Part shown: positions 13,283 to 27,300 of the stretch, piece after piece | How positions within the stretch are numbered: position 1 is the first letter of the stretch | Layout: each line of letters opens with the position of its first letter | Made by a program: the position numbers and the translations under genes | The notes under the pieces: generated by a model | Seen by the model: the letters and a program-made list of their open reading frames with translations, nothing else | What the model was told of the DNA's origin: nothing | Databases searched by the model: none | NCBI GenBank assembly: GCA_965178125.1 | Contig: OZ237743.1 | Span: 620,001-684,000 of the forward strand | From: Bilabrum cf. latius | Taxonomy: Eukaryota | Length of the DNA stretch: 64,000 nucleotides | Direction: 5' to 3'

Positions 13283-13985
13283 ATAGCCGGTTCGAATAGC
13301 GTCCCGGGCGTCGATTTGTACCGATTCCCCCCCCAACCTGAACCTCAACCTCAACCTCGCACCCCCCTGCTCTGGGGTGCGTCGTCCATGTACTTGGGTG
13401 CATAGCGGCAGAGGGTCAACCGAGACCGTGACCCCATGGGCACCATTCAGTTGGGGAGACGACCCCTCCCAGCCGGCACGGGCAGGGGTGGATGGGCCAC
13501 GCAGGGCCGAGCGGGGGGAGGGTCACAGCCGCGGATTCCCGGCTATACCGGCTGCTGGCCTCGAGCGTGCCGGTGCTGGTCCACATCAAGCAAGCCTGCC
13601 CGAGCCACAGCATCCCAACAGACTCCTTCCGAGCCGGCTCAGCTACCCCCACCCCCCCCCCCCCACCCCAAGCTCCCACTTCCCTACCGCGTCTCTTCCC
13701 GGCCACCACCGCAGCGGCAAGGCGGCAGGGCTACCAAATGGGCTGAGTGTTGTCTCTGGAGGTGGCTACGCCTGAGCTTCCGCAGCTTCGACCAGTAGTG
13801 TAGCGTGCCCACATCTATTCCGGAATCGGAGCCAGATCACTGATGGCATGATGATCCAGTGCAGGTTAGGTGCAGGACTGCTTCTGCGAGTGCACACACC
13901 GCTCAGCAGCATCAGCGTTTCATCCTTTGCATTCCGGGACACAAGAATGGGCGATAGAGTGTGAGATACCCGCGAAGTAGCCATA

Positions 13986-15129
13986 GTGGCAATTGTACCA
14001 GCGCGTCTGGTAGGTCTGGTGTGCGAGATTTCAGAAGCCTGTTCTCGCAGCAATCGATTGGGCCGGCGCCTGTGGGAGGCGGCCACGGACGGAAGGCTTG
14101 ATATTATGGCCGAAGTGCTTGGTGAAAACGCGGATGCGGCTGTTATCGATTGGGTGGATGCACCACGAAAGAGGCTCCACGCCCGAGAGGTGGCAGAGTA
14201 CACCAGGAGGTGTGGGACGCATCCTGTGACAATGATGGAGATGCCTCAACACATATCCACTCGTGGCCTTGTGAGAATACCATCAGCCTCTTTTGCGATC
14301 TCGTAGCTCCATGCAAGCTTTGGCGTCAAAAATCCAGTAGATGTTGCACCCGAGCTTAGCTGCAGATGGATAGCAGCGTACTGTGCACCGCATGCGAGCA
14401 CAACCAACTCGGTGCCGCAAGAATGCTCATCAAGCACGGTGCGAACGTAAACTACAGAAGCTCGGTGAGATGCGTCCTTTGCTTGCCGCACGTTGGCTTG
14501 CGACCTCTCTGATGCGCGCAGAGGATCGAGGGCGTGATTCACTTTCTTCGCAGAACGGCATGGATCCGTTGCGTCTCGCTTGTCGCCACGGCAATGCACC
14601 TATGGTCTATGCGCTCGTCAAGGGCGGGGCGACGCTGGAAACCAAGCAGAACAAGCAGGCCGTCGGGTCCATCCCGCGGGGGCGAGCAGCCGGGCTGCGT
14701 GAGGCGCTGAGCAAGTGCGGAAGGAGCAAGGATTACTGCCTGCAGCTGCTGAGGAAACACTACGGCAAGTCTGGGATCCTACCACCAAAAACGGAGTGGC
14801 AGGGATGGGCCCTGTCGAGACGAGAGACGGGGCAGGCGGTGAGGGCGGTCGTAGCGGAGGAGGCTGGGGTCAGGGAGCCCCTGGCAGCGGAGGGGGCGGT
14901 TGTAGCGGAGGAGGCTGGGGTCAGAGGAGGGACAGGGCTGGGTGAGGCGGGGGCGGCCACTGGCGGTGCGGCCGATGTCGCGGGGGCGGCGGACCCGCAG
15001 TCTGGGAGAGGGGATGGGGCGGCAGACGCCACTGCCACGACTGCGGCCAGCACTGCGGCCAGCACTGCGGAGAAGGCCAGCCTCGCTGGTGGTGATCCCG
15101 TATCCGGCAAATCAGAACCGGGCAAGTGA
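13986..15129 (+). CDS. Ankyrin-repeat protein (spliced or degenerate)
   Basis: LWEAATDGRLDIMAEVL and NGMDPLRLACRHGNAPMVYALVKGGATLE ankyrin-like segments lie in different frames; low-complexity tail; TGA stop. Confidence 0.5.
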
Positions 15130-16468
15130 GGGCTCGGCGGCTCGCCGCAGGGGCCGAGCAGCCTCGACGCACGCTGCTGGCCTGGACGCGGACCGGTTTA
15201 TTGCCAACAAATGCGGCTCCTATCCACCAGTGAGGATTGATTCGTCCTGGAGCCTTTAGCGCCCTCAGATGAGGCAAAAATTGCAAATGCCACACTATTT
15301 CTTCCCGCAGCACGAAATTTAGCAGTGCGGTGTTCCATGCCGGCAGCGGCGGCGGCGCCCCCCTCCGGCACAATTCACGATTGGCTGAGCTTGCCGCCCG
15401 TGTCGTTTGGTCTGGGGAGCCGGGCGGTGGCCGGGTACATCCGAGGTGGGTCGCGACCGAACACCGCACGCAGAGGTGATTCTCTCCGCACTGCGGGCCG
15501 AGCCCTTCGTCTGACCTCTTACCTCGAGGCCTCCGATTCACGAAGCAAAGCTGGGTAGGCTGCATCCGCCCACAAGAAGCTGGGACCCGAGGGCCCGACC
15601 CCCACTTGAAAGAGTGCACGGCACCTGGGCTGGGCTGGGCAGCCAGGCTGCGTGCATCCAGCCTCTGGCAGCAATGGCGCTTGCACGGTATGCGTCGTAC
15701 CAGGTACGGTCTCGTGTAGTAATGCAGTTGTATGATATTCTAGAACTGTACCATTCCCACAATTTCGCGCTGCGTACCATCATGATTTTGCCGCCAGTAG
15801 TAGTGCCCCCGCATGTGGTCGCCCGTGCCTGGAGCAACCGGGGCAGCTTTCTGTAGCGACTTGTTCGAAAGCAGCGAGCAAACGCGGTATACTCAAGCAA
15901 ACCAACATGATGGACCGCTGCATCGGTTGGCCCTGCGACATTAACTGCTTGCTTGGTTGTGCGACCACTTGGATGCCGAGCAATTGCCCAGCGTGTCGCT
16001 CTCAGCGCTGTCAGATTCGATCGCCAGCGATAAGCTAACACATAAACCCTCTCGACACTCGAGGATACTCTAATTACATGTATCATCAGTGGAGAGACCC
16101 ATCCTCAGCGGGCAGCGGGCACAGGCGGCCCAGGCGGGCGGGCGCGCCTCGCAAGCTCCCTCCCACCCACAGCGCATGCACACAGCGGCGGGTCCGATCC
16201 GGGCACGGACAGCATAACGACTCAAGGTGGATGTAGGGGAAGACGGTAGAAGCAAATGGCCCAGGGGCTTTAAAAAAGATAAACAAAAAAAGAGCTACAA
16301 AAGAGGAAAAAAAAATATTGATCGACCCCGCATGGCCACGAACGACCGCAACCGGTTACCGGGATACCGGATTCCGGAACGCCCGCCTCCTCGGTGGCAA
16401 CGACTGGGCTACATTGGAGCCGTACTGACCGTCGGCAGCTTCCAACGAAGGAAAGGACTTGAGGACCT

Positions 16469-19400
16469 TTACCAGCCCAGCTCGCGCAATGCAGCCGAGC
16501 GATCCAGCACGAACCGTGCAATACGCCTCAACGGTCTCTGCTGGTGCCCACCGAGACCAAATGTCACATCGGTTGCATCTGCAAGCGCCTACCCGCCCTA
16601 GAATGCTCCGGGCCTACAGGCATACAGCCAGTGTCGGTAGTCGAGCTCTGCGCAGCCTGAGCCACTCGCATCCGACTGGCTGTGCTGCCCCTCGTCCATT
16701 TGGGGATGGTTTCGAAGCACGCCTGCCCGTGGGGGTGCTTCCTGCTTCGAGCCTGACGTGGGAGCATCACCACGGTACCGAATCGCGCACCCAGCTCTTT
16801 CGGGCACTGCTGTTGCAGCCCAGTCACGAACCGGCGCGCGGTAGCGGTCACTTTCGCTTTCACTTCCGCTGTCGCTACCCGTGTCGCAATCAGCGCAGGG
16901 TGCACCGTTGCTGAGGCCGTTGGAACTAGACGAGAGCCCACTCCGTACTTGGGTCTGCATCGAATCCCAGGCGCGTAGCAAGAGAGAGCGACCGACGTGC
17001 AGTCTAGGCGTGGGCAATAGCGCCTGCTCCTTGTCCCAGCGCTCGCTGACGATGACGTGGTGCAGGGCATCGGTGACATTCCAGAGCGGCTGCAACCCAT
17101 CAATCACATCAATCGGCAACGTTATCCTCAGGGCTCGGCCCAATAGATCCAGGCTCTTGCATGCATCACAGACAATCCTGTGAGCCTCGGGCTCCAAGTG
17201 CCTTACCGAGGCCCTTCCGCTTGCCGCGCTTAAGTTGCACTGGGTCACGGCTGAGTGAAGTGAGCGAACCGTGAGGGGCGCAGCATCGGTGATAGGCGCC
17301 GCAAGCGTGCCATCGTCACGAATCCCTGCCTCTGGGCACTTGGTCAAACTAGGGTCTCGCATCAGCAGCAAGCCCCCGTACGCATCACCAGCTAGGTTCG
17401 ATGATCCCAGCGCCACCGCTGTCCCATTGTCGCTGAGGCAATTCACAACTGTGCTTTTTTGTGCATTGGCCCTCCTATGCAATTGCAAGAAACCCTATGG
17501 TACCAGAATGGTTCGCAGTGCGTGCGTGGCCAGCACCCCGGCCAGCTCGCACACCCTTGTGAGATCACGCTGTGCGGTCAACTGCTGGGCTGCGCAGGCA
17601 TCGTTGCACTCAACCGGAGGCTCACAGCTGTGCAAAGAGCGGTACGTGCGATGCAAGTGGATTGCAGCTCTACCACCACCACGAAGCGTCTTGAGTTTTA
17701 CCATCGCGTGCTCGTAGGTAGCTATGCCTACGTGCAGCGCCAGCGCGATCATGAATGGAGCCGCGATGGTTGGGCCCGGCACCGGCCCTGTCCTGCACCC
17801 TGCTTGCACCATTAGCAGCACCATGAGCACCACCATTACACAAAACGTGAAATTGTCCATGTTTGTATCGGTTAAAGTACTGCCGATCGGCATGCCAAGC
17901 CGAACAGGCTCTCGCAGCCTCCGACACATGTCGTCCAGAGAATCAACAAGAAATCTGAGCTACTCGAGCGTTTTAATCTGGGACCACAGTTGGTTGAATC
18001 GAACACACCAGGATTGGCGTGCGTCTGTCCACGAAGCCCCCTCGTTGACAACTTGTCTAGCCGTAGCTCTGTGGTGATGCGGGCAGCAAACACACAGAGA
18101 GCATTGCCTTACGGTGTAGTCACCGGGTCCGAGGGCAAAGTGGTTCCCCATGCTCCAGCAAGCGATCAGGGACAGCTCCAGGACATACGAGCCACCGATG
18201 AGGATTACGGCTGTTGCGAAAGACTGCTGCACCCAATCAAACCAGGGTCCGCCCCTGATTCTCCTCGGGTAACCAAAAGGCGTCACGAGGATGGACCACC
18301 ACTGCAAGTGCGAGCCTGCCAACCACGAGGAGGCGCGTCCCAGCGTGACCATAACTATCGCCGCGGTGTACACCTACCGCGCCGCAAAGTACGGCCAGCT
18401 CGACACCTGCTGCCCTTCCCTAGGGCTCTGACCCTGAAGAGTAACTGGGACTGATCTTCCTGATATTGGGTTCCAGAACCTGGGGACTGCCTGCCTGAGC
18501 TCGTACAGCTGGTCGGGCCGAACCGGGTGGGGCAGCAGATCGAACAGGACAGGTACCATCAAACCGATACACGCTGCCAGTGCTCCATCTTCCAGAGCCT
18601 CCGATGCAGCCGCTAGGTCGATGACCCCACGGCGGGCTGCCGCGTCATCCGCAAGGCGAGCGAGCGGATGGAGGCCCCACGCGAGCAAACCAAGGAAGCC
18701 CCAGTACGCGCCTGCCAGCGCGCTCGGAAATCCCAGCAGCAGCCCGTCTGCTTGCTCGGCGTTTGACCATGCATGCATTCCTTCGAAGAGCGCGACTGGG
18801 AGTCTGTCCGTCGCCACGAACGCTTGCGTAGATCCGCCGTCCCTGCCGCAGAGGAAGGCTTGCACACCCAAGGTCCACAGGATGGTCGACAGGCTCCACG
18901 GCCTGCGAGCCCTCGTGCACGAGAACCATACGGCCATGCATAGACTGGCGATACCGAGCAGGAGCACGATATTGAAGATCCCGATGACGCCTCGCTCAGC
19001 TCGGTGATCCGCAAGCACAGCAAACTAGCGCAGCACCGAGCCAGAGGCCGGCCCCCGGAACGGTTGCAGTGCTGGTCTGACGAATGACCAGAAAGAAAAG
19101 TCTGCATTGCAATATCGCAGGGACTTGTATAACATACCCGTGTCCGTGTATCCCCAGGTGCTGTTTGAGTCTTGGCGTCCCGCCGCCATGTCATGCAGCG
19201 TGCGCTCGACCCTTGCCCAATTAGGGTCGTGCATACCGAGCCAGAACCTGGAGTGCAGTTCCTAGTTCTCGGGGTTAAACGCGGATGCAAGGGTCACTTG
19301 CATGCATGAGCGTGGCAGTACAGTGCCTTGCAAAACGAGCAGGAGCACCACCAATGAGAGGGCGAGGCTGCCTCGGTAGAAGCCAAGCAATGTGCCGGAC

Positions 19401-20491
19401 AGGTCGCCGCAGAAGGATTCCCAGTCGGACGCATCCAGGAGCTGCTTGCCTTCTTCTTCTGCACGATCAATTTCGATGAGTGCCTAGCAGTACCATTTTT
19501 CGTACGAGTCGGGTACATCCGACAGCTGCTCTCCCGGCAGCCGTGCCGGAGTAGTACTCGTGCTGCCAGAGGGGATGCGCTCTTGGTTTGGGTCCACCGG
19601 GGTGACTGTGTCGGTGGCCGGCACGGGCTGAATATCTCGACAGCTAAACTCCTTACTGTAGGTTCTATTTAGTGTACTTTCACGCGTTCTGTCTGCTCTT
19701 TGAAGTCTGCTGTCGCGATTGTGTGGCTCTCCGCTTGCGAGGAGAAGCCTCTTGTGGCAGGCTAGCAGGCCCGAGCGCCTTCCTGACCGCAATATCCATA
19801 AGCCCCACGGATCTGGGTGCTGTCCAAGTCGAACAGATCTACCGCACAACTTGCGCACTGCTGTTTTCGCTGCCGTCCCTGCTCGAGTCTTCTGGGCAAG
19901 AGCAAGTGCTCTGCCCGCCGTCGCGGCTTCCGCTGCAAGCATAGCCTGAGTCGCAACAAACTCGCCTAAGCTCCATGCCTCAGCATGTGGTGAACTTGAC
20001 GACGAATCCTTGTGATCAGGAGCCTCTCCTAGCACCCACAGCGACTACCCGAGCAGCAGCAGCCCTCCCAGTGCTTCAGCCGTCTGGCGAGCCTTGTACC
20101 CTTTCTTCTGGAGGAACGAAGTTGCGCTCTATGGTATTTTAAGATTATTCCACGTGTAATTTCGGTCAAACACGGATGCGAATGCGTCTTTGCAAGCCAT
20201 ATGAGCTTGATTGCATGTGCTACGGTCGTCTACATGTGAACGTCTGGAATTGACGAACTCTATCGATCGTCTTGGCATTTCTTGGGTCAGATCAATAGAA
20301 GATGAAGCTGATGATACTACTCGAAACGCAAGGATGGATGGGACATCAAGCATCTCCAGGAGGGTAGACCGGACACCTGCAACAGCAACTGGAGGTTGAA
20401 CAATGGGTAACCAGAAAAATGAGATTTGGTATGCAAGATTTGCAGACGTCATTGCAGGCATCCTACTCACGTCTTTCTTTAAGAAGTGCAA
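16469..20491 (-). CDS. Large multi-pass membrane protein, unknown function (5' end uncertain)
   Basis: Seven track ORFs (20129, 19484, 19025, 18374, 17960, 17495, 16598) are in one frame; the junctions checked are TAG. First true stop is TAA 16469-16471. Several hydrophobic segments at 17750-19020. Confidence 0.65.
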
Positions 20492-21741
20492 GGGCTGCCA
20501 TCTGGTTGCAAAAGTGTTTTTTTTTTCGACATTGCGATCACTTCTAGTTATATCTCATTCTAGCACAAAAGTGCACGCTACTCGAAATTACAAAAGAAGA
20601 CACCTGAAGTACCAAGTGAGACCGCAATTGCGGTACTTCGGACCAGATTGTGAACAATCAAATCCGTGTTGTTACGGGGGTATCTTCCCCTGTCTTTTTC
20701 TGGTTCCCTTCGGGACGGCTGTGTGTTGTTTGGCTGGTGGGCTTGTCCGTTCAGCCAATTTCCGTGTTGAGATTGGTCGTACCACCGTGCTGGTTGGCGT
20801 TGTTTGTAACTGCTAAGTTTTGCTTCCAATGCCGTCGTTCGCGACTAACTTCCGGTGCCGTGTGCGCCGAAGCCCTTGGGTAGTCTTGGACTCCTAGTTG
20901 GGAAGTGGCTCGCCGCGGGCGGCCACAGCCAGCCGGGCTTGCCAGGGGCGGCCATCAAACAAAACTACCCCCTGGGATGATGGGTGGAGGTGGGCAACCA
21001 CCGCCACTTAGTGTAGTAAACTAATGTAACCTAGAATGTGGCCAGCACGGCGCCGCGCGGTAGCCATCATTGATCTGCGGAACCGCAGTCCACGGAAACA
21101 CAATCAAACACGTAACACTCTAGCCAAATTAGCCTGCATTGCGTCAACCAGCCCGCCACTGGCCTGCTTCAATCTTGACAGCCCCAATCCCGATGTTGGA
21201 AAGGAAAAGTTGTCAGTGCTATTGGAGCTCGGTCAGGCCAGCACCAGCACCTCGCCCTTGGTTGGGGTCGGCGGACCCTTTGAACCGCTGAACGCCCCTA
21301 CTGCATGCGGGGTGAAAACAGTAGGTGGTCTAGTGAGCTGGACGAGAGTGCCGTTCAACCATGTGACACTTTCCCACGCCCTTCGATTGGGGCCCCGTCG
21401 ATGCATGGCTCCCCATTCCTGCCAGCGCTAAGGTGCTTACAAACTGCTCCCTGCATCAGCACCTTCGCCCCGATGCTTTCAGCTTGGTCGTATAGGTATT
21501 GGCTGACCTGTCATGCGTCCCGTTCGTCCGCTGGCCTTCTGGCCTGCTGGCCTGCTCTTCGCGCTGCTGGTCGTGCAGCCCGATTCCACTCGTATCTCCC
21601 TTGTGCCTGGCACCTGAAGACCCCTTCCTCCCGTTTTGTGCTCCCACTGACACCGCCCTATTCGCTCGTTCCGAATCATCCGTGCTCCGCATAGCTTTTG
21701 CTCAGAAGGTGCAGCCGGATGTACAAACAAGACGATGAACA

Positions 21742-24105
21742 TTACGTGCCGCCCTTCCCAGCCTGCTGCTACCGAGCATCTGCCATCATCTGCATCTAAT
21801 ACATCTGGTAAAGCCTTCGAGCATACTCACGGCCGCCAAGCCGCATCTGAATCTCTTGCTGCACGCGCAGCAGGTTCATCTTAGCCGATTGCTCCGCCTC
21901 CTGCACCCTGGGATCCGCCTGGAATCTCATTATGGACGCGGCGAAGTGCCCCGCTTTGATGCCCATCTCCTCAAAGGCCTTCTTCGTGGTCTGGGGTGCG
22001 CAACGCAGCGTGAACTACTTGAACTTCTGCACCGTGTCGGGGCTGGGGCTGCTCTCCTTGAGCACCTTGTGCGCCTGCTCCTGCATGATCCGCACAGAAA
22101 TCTCCGTGTTCTGGCGAATAAGCCTTACGAGCTTGTCCACGGTCATGTCCTCTGGAACGACTTGATCTGCTTCCAGTAGGTCGTCGATTTGGCCCAGCAC
22201 CCTGGAGGCCTCCTCGGGCATGAGCGAGTCGCGCATGGAGCGGAGCATCTTCTTGACCTCCGGGTCGCGCTCATATTTCTCGATGGCCTTGTTGATGGCC
22301 TCATCGTCGAAGCCGTGCGCGCTGCACACTTCGCGCTGGATCTCCTCCCCAGCCTTTTCGATCTCCTGTGCGCACTGCTCCTCTATCAGCAGCCCGTCCT
22401 CCACGGCCTGCTTCAGCTCCCCGATCTTGGCCCTCATGGCGTCTCGCATCTCACACATCACCGCCAGCAGCTCGTCGCGGGACACCTAGGCAGGTGCTGA
22501 GGCGGCAGCAACTGCTACCGTCTCCTCTTCATTGTCACGACCATCGCAATCAGCATCCGCGATTGATCTGCTTGCAGCGACTGCCTTGCTTGCACCCGCT
22601 CCAGATGCGGCTTTCAACGTGACAGCTGTGGCTTCCACAGCCTCGACCATGCTCGGTGCTGCAGATTCATCTCCTTCGGTCCCAGCTGTTCCAATGCCAC
22701 TCCCAGTCTAAGCGGCCTTAGCTTGGCTTGATCTTGCAACTCTCAAAGCGCTCCATGCCTCATGCACCCCCAATCGCTCCTGTGGACTGCTGCGCAGCAA
22801 CCCGGCCACCACATCCCGGAGCCAGCCAGGCCGCTCCAACCAACCATCCCCGCCCACCGCAGCGCCTTCGTATCCACGCAACGCAGCCTGCAAGCCCCCT
22901 GATGGTACCACCCGACCGTCAGGCAGCTTCGCCGGATACTCCGCCCCGAATGGGTGCTGTCCACCTGTGGCCAGCTCGTGCAGCAGCACGCCCAGCTCCC
23001 ATGAGGCCTGCTTCCCATACGGCACAGCTGCATCCCGCTCCCCCTTGCAACCCCTGTGCCACCCGTCCAGCACCTCAGGGGCCAGATGCTGCGGGTTGCC
23101 CCCGATGCCATCGCCTCCGTCGTGCAAGTACTCGTACGTCATGCCGTCCAATGCAGCGAGCACGCCACGACTGGCACCTGCAGAATCGCTTGTGCCAGAT
23201 CCAACGCTTGCGCTAGCACCTGCAGGTGCAATACCACCAGATCCAGTCACCACATGTAAGCTTGATGCATCCACACGCAGCGCGCAGCCCAGATCGATCA
23301 GCACCGCACGACCCACGCCACCAGGACCCCCCTTCGAGTCCCACATCACGTTGTCCAGCTTCAGGTCACGGTGCACCACCCCGTGCTGCAGCAGGTGATG
23401 CACGCCCTCCGCGATGTCCCTGGCCAGTACCACCAGCGCTTCGTTGGACAGGCCTTCCCCGTCCTCCTCCAGCACCTGCAGGTGGTCGCACATGCGTCGC
23501 TTCAGCAGCTCAGTGGCCACTATCTGCGCCCTGCGGGGACGAAGCGGAGGGCCAGCGGACGGAGCCTCCGAGTCGCCCTCCTCCTCGTCGCTGTCCGGCT
23601 CGATGCATACCAACTGCGGGCTCGGCAGTAGCTGCACCATCCACAGTGGCGGCTTCGCAACGCACTCGAACACGATCCGCACCAGGTTGCGATGCTCGGG
23701 CAGCCGCGCCAATATGTCGTACTCTTTTTGCGTGTCGATGGTTTCGGCGCGAGACGTGGACAGGCCGTAGTTGAACACGACCTTCAGCGCCAGCTTGCCA
23801 TCGATCCGACTCGATGCATTACCGCTAGCATCGCCAGCGCCCGATGCAGCCTCCGATTCCACGTCCACTTTGTAGACGGCGCCGAAGCTGCCGTTCCCGA
23901 GCATGACGCGCCCCGAGGTGGGCTTGCTGCACCTCGCTAGCGCAAGCTGTGCCTGCTTGCGTCTCTGTATACTTGTGCCGCTCCTGGTGATGGCATAGAC
24001 GCGTAGCATTGAAGCAGGGAGAGGAGGCATTGGGATCGGTGATGGGTCCTCGGATGCTGCAATCTCAGATGCCGTGGCCGCTCCGCCGGTTGCTGCAGAT
24101 GACAT
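21742..24105 (-). CDS. Ser/Thr protein kinase, PINK1-like, with helical C-terminal extension
   Basis: GNGSFGAV, LALKVVFNY, HRDLKLDN, DLGCAL, GGNPQHLAPE, KQASWELG. Reads through TAG 22708, 22486 and 22015 to TAA 21742. Confidence 0.8.
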
Positions 24106-24308
24106 GATAATATGCGCCTAATCAAAAGCAGATCGATTTGCCTAGAGCAGGACTTCTACTCCCAGTAGATGGAGCTTGAGAGTGTCGAAATCGTCAAGGA
24201 TCCTAAATCGGTTTGAGGTTGCAACCGCCATCGCGGCGAACGTCGAACGATTGGCATCGAGCGGTCGCGCGGGGCAACAATCATTTTAAACATTGCCCAA
24301 TGCACCCA

Positions 24309-27300
24309 TCACCGACACACTCCATGCCCCACCCCACCTTCGCCCACCGGCACGTGCACCCGACGCACAGACCCGATGCTGCCCCCAATGCCCCCACCCC
24401 GTCCACCGCTGCTCCCACCTGCCAACTGATGCGCCTCCTCGCCATCCACTCTCACGCAGTCCACCCGCACTGATTCGCCCACCGCTCCCACCACCGACAC
24501 ACCCACGCCATCCAACGCACTCGTCACACCCACGCCCACGAACCGGCCTGCGCTCATCCACTCCACCTTGTCCGTCTCACCCAGCAGCACCCAGCCACCT
24601 GCCAGCATAGGCACAACGCCCCACACCGCGAAGTCGTGCACGCCCTCCGTGGCATTGCCGGCCCCTGTCTGCACGGTGAAGCCCGTCCCATCAGGCCCGC
24701 CCACCACCACCATTCCACACGCGCTGCCCGCCACACCGGGGCTGCACCCTGTTCCTCCATGCGGCACCGCCAGCATCCGTTGCCCTGGCTTGCTGGGCGG
24801 CCACAGATCGCTGGGCCACACCTGCGCGCTGCCTGCCAGATCCACGGCCAGCAGCGTGTAGGAGCGATGCGCGTCAGGCGCGGGAGGTGTGTGCCGGGGC
24901 GGTGCTCGAGTGACTCGAGTGCTGCCAGGGGCATCAGGGGCGTCAGGGGCGTCAGGGGCATCAGGGGCATCAGGGGCATCAGGGTTGGTGTGCCTAGTCC
25001 ATGGCTGGGCAGCTGGAGGCATGGCAATACCAGTACTAGAGACGGATCGGTGCCCAATGCACGCATTGTTTGATGGATCTGCTGGTGTGCAGACCGGCAG
25101 CAATGGCACATCCGTTGAGCTCGCCCACAGCTGCTTGGAGCCGGGAGGTGTACCTAGCGACTCTTGTCTACCTGGATCGGAAGACCCCCGACCATCAGTG
25201 TTCCCTTGCTGCATCTGATTCACGAACATCGCGTCCAGCGGTGTCATCGACCTGCTCGGGCCCAGCAGCAGCCCATCCTGCCTGCACATAGAGTTGGCCA
25301 GCGTTGCGTTCGTGTACCCGGGCCCATCCCCCAGCCACACGGGTCCTCTGGACAGCACTGCTATTGCTGCCTCCAGCTCGACGTTGGGCCGCGTCAGGTT
25401 GTACCAGTTGCCAGGTTGCGTGCCAGTGGTCCAGATGTTGTCAAAGAAAGGCCGCACACCCACCGCATCGAAGAACAGAGACGTCCAGGGCATGATCCAG
25501 TGGTCAGGAATGAGAGGTGTGGCGTCAATGGTGGCCCTCGAGTTTGTCATGGAGGGCCTCTTGAGGCTGTCTAGGGTGTAGGAGGGCAGAGGCATGCACT
25601 GTTGCCACGGTATGCCTCGCTTGGCAAGAGCAGCATCCTGTGCCGCCACCCACAGCTCAAGGAGACTTGAGTTGGCAGCGAACTCATTGATAATCAGCGG
25701 GTAGTAGTTCAGGAAGTCCGTCTCGGCTGCACGCTGCGAGGGGCGGGTCGGAGGGAGAAGGAACGTGGTCTACTTTTCATTGAGAGGAACATTTGCACAC
25801 ATGCAGCTAGAAGGAACCATAGGCGCAGGCTATTGCGGCCTGCACTGGTACAATCATCCTGGGTCCGCGGCCCAGTTGCGGCCACACGGCCCGCTCTTCT
25901 CACCATGACCTTGATGTCGTCGGCATACAGACCGTAGATGTATTCGTAGAACGCGCTTGACGTCACTCCATCGGATTGGCCGAATCGTGCCACGTACGGA
26001 TGCAGCGGGTTTGAGTGCACGTACTTCCTAGAGGTGAGGAACTTGAAGCCCCGCTCCCCGTATGGCGGGTACCGCTCGCTCTCGTTCACATTCCAGTAGC
26101 TGCTGTACAGCAGCAAAGGCATCATCGATTCATTGCTCGCGATCATGGCCTCCTCCGGTCTGGTGCCACTACCGTGCTGCTCCAGACCGGCGTGATATGC
26201 CCGCTGGACTTGCTTTGCAAACGCAGGCAAACCCTGTGGAAAGGTCTCGTTGCTCGTAACCCACCCCGGATTGCCACGGTACCACCAAGGATCGAAGGCA
26301 AGATATGCTACGCCACTAACACCCTGTTCTCCGAGTTTCTGAAATGCTTCCAAGATAAGAGACGCGTTGACAAAGGGCCACTGGTGGTCTGAGATCCAGG
26401 CCCCGTTGTCGGTGCCAAACCCCAGCATGGTAGTCACGTCGTTGGCCAGCTTCTTGGTGCGGTGCTTGGCCTGAAGGAAGGCACCCCACTCGTAAACGGC
26501 TGCCTGTATCCCACTACCCGCCAGCGGTGCCATCACGAAGGAAAATGACCTGCCTGGTTCGATCGACTGCTCGTACCCTTGCACCCCCATGGACAGGTGC
26601 TCATTGTCGCCGCTGCACAGGTAACCGCTCACGTGGCCTTCTATGGTGCGACGGCTCGCCCTGCTGGCCTTCAGGTAGCAGTGGTTCCTGAACTTGGGAT
26701 CGGGCACATCACTGCCTAGGAAGGTGAAACCGGTGCAGAGCTTGTTCTCTCGACACGCCGAGCAGCACTCCGCGCTGCTGTTGGCAGGCAGGCTGGCAAC
26801 GTCGTGGCCCCAATAGTCCGTGTTCTCCTCTAGAGTGCAGCCTAGGTTCGGCGGAATGTCTTGCCGAGGCTTACTTCCGCCGGCCATTCTCTCGCCGAGG
26901 TGAATGGAGCTAGTGGAGTCACCGGCACCACCACAAGAAGTGTGATGAGACGATGATGCCGATTCGAACAACCGGCACGTGGCCTTGCCTAGCGTAGCCG
27001 TGAAGAAGTCATCCGATGCACTCAGCACCACGGCATCGATTGCAGGCCTGCCACCCCGCATGGTGCCAGTGGCAGAGCTTGCTCGGCTCGCGTTGGGAGC
27101 TGGCTCTGCCTCCCTCCACACGACCGTTGGTCCGGTCTCTGTGCCTCCCTGCCAGCCAGCCAGGGCAGACCCGACACTGAATCCCGACCAGCTCCAGGTT
27201 CCTCTCCAAACCGCGTATCCGACATCTTTCGAACGCAGCGGTGTGCCAGCAGATGCGTTAATGGATGGAAGCCCGGCCGAGGTGAAGGTGGCGCTCTGGT

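Noticed and set aside
5311-13776. Intact autonomous TIR transposon
   Set aside because: Arms are clearly diverged; no target-site duplication or transposase motif seen.
15538-16086. 182-aa minus-strand ORF
   Set aside because: No domain or supporting gene structure recognisable.
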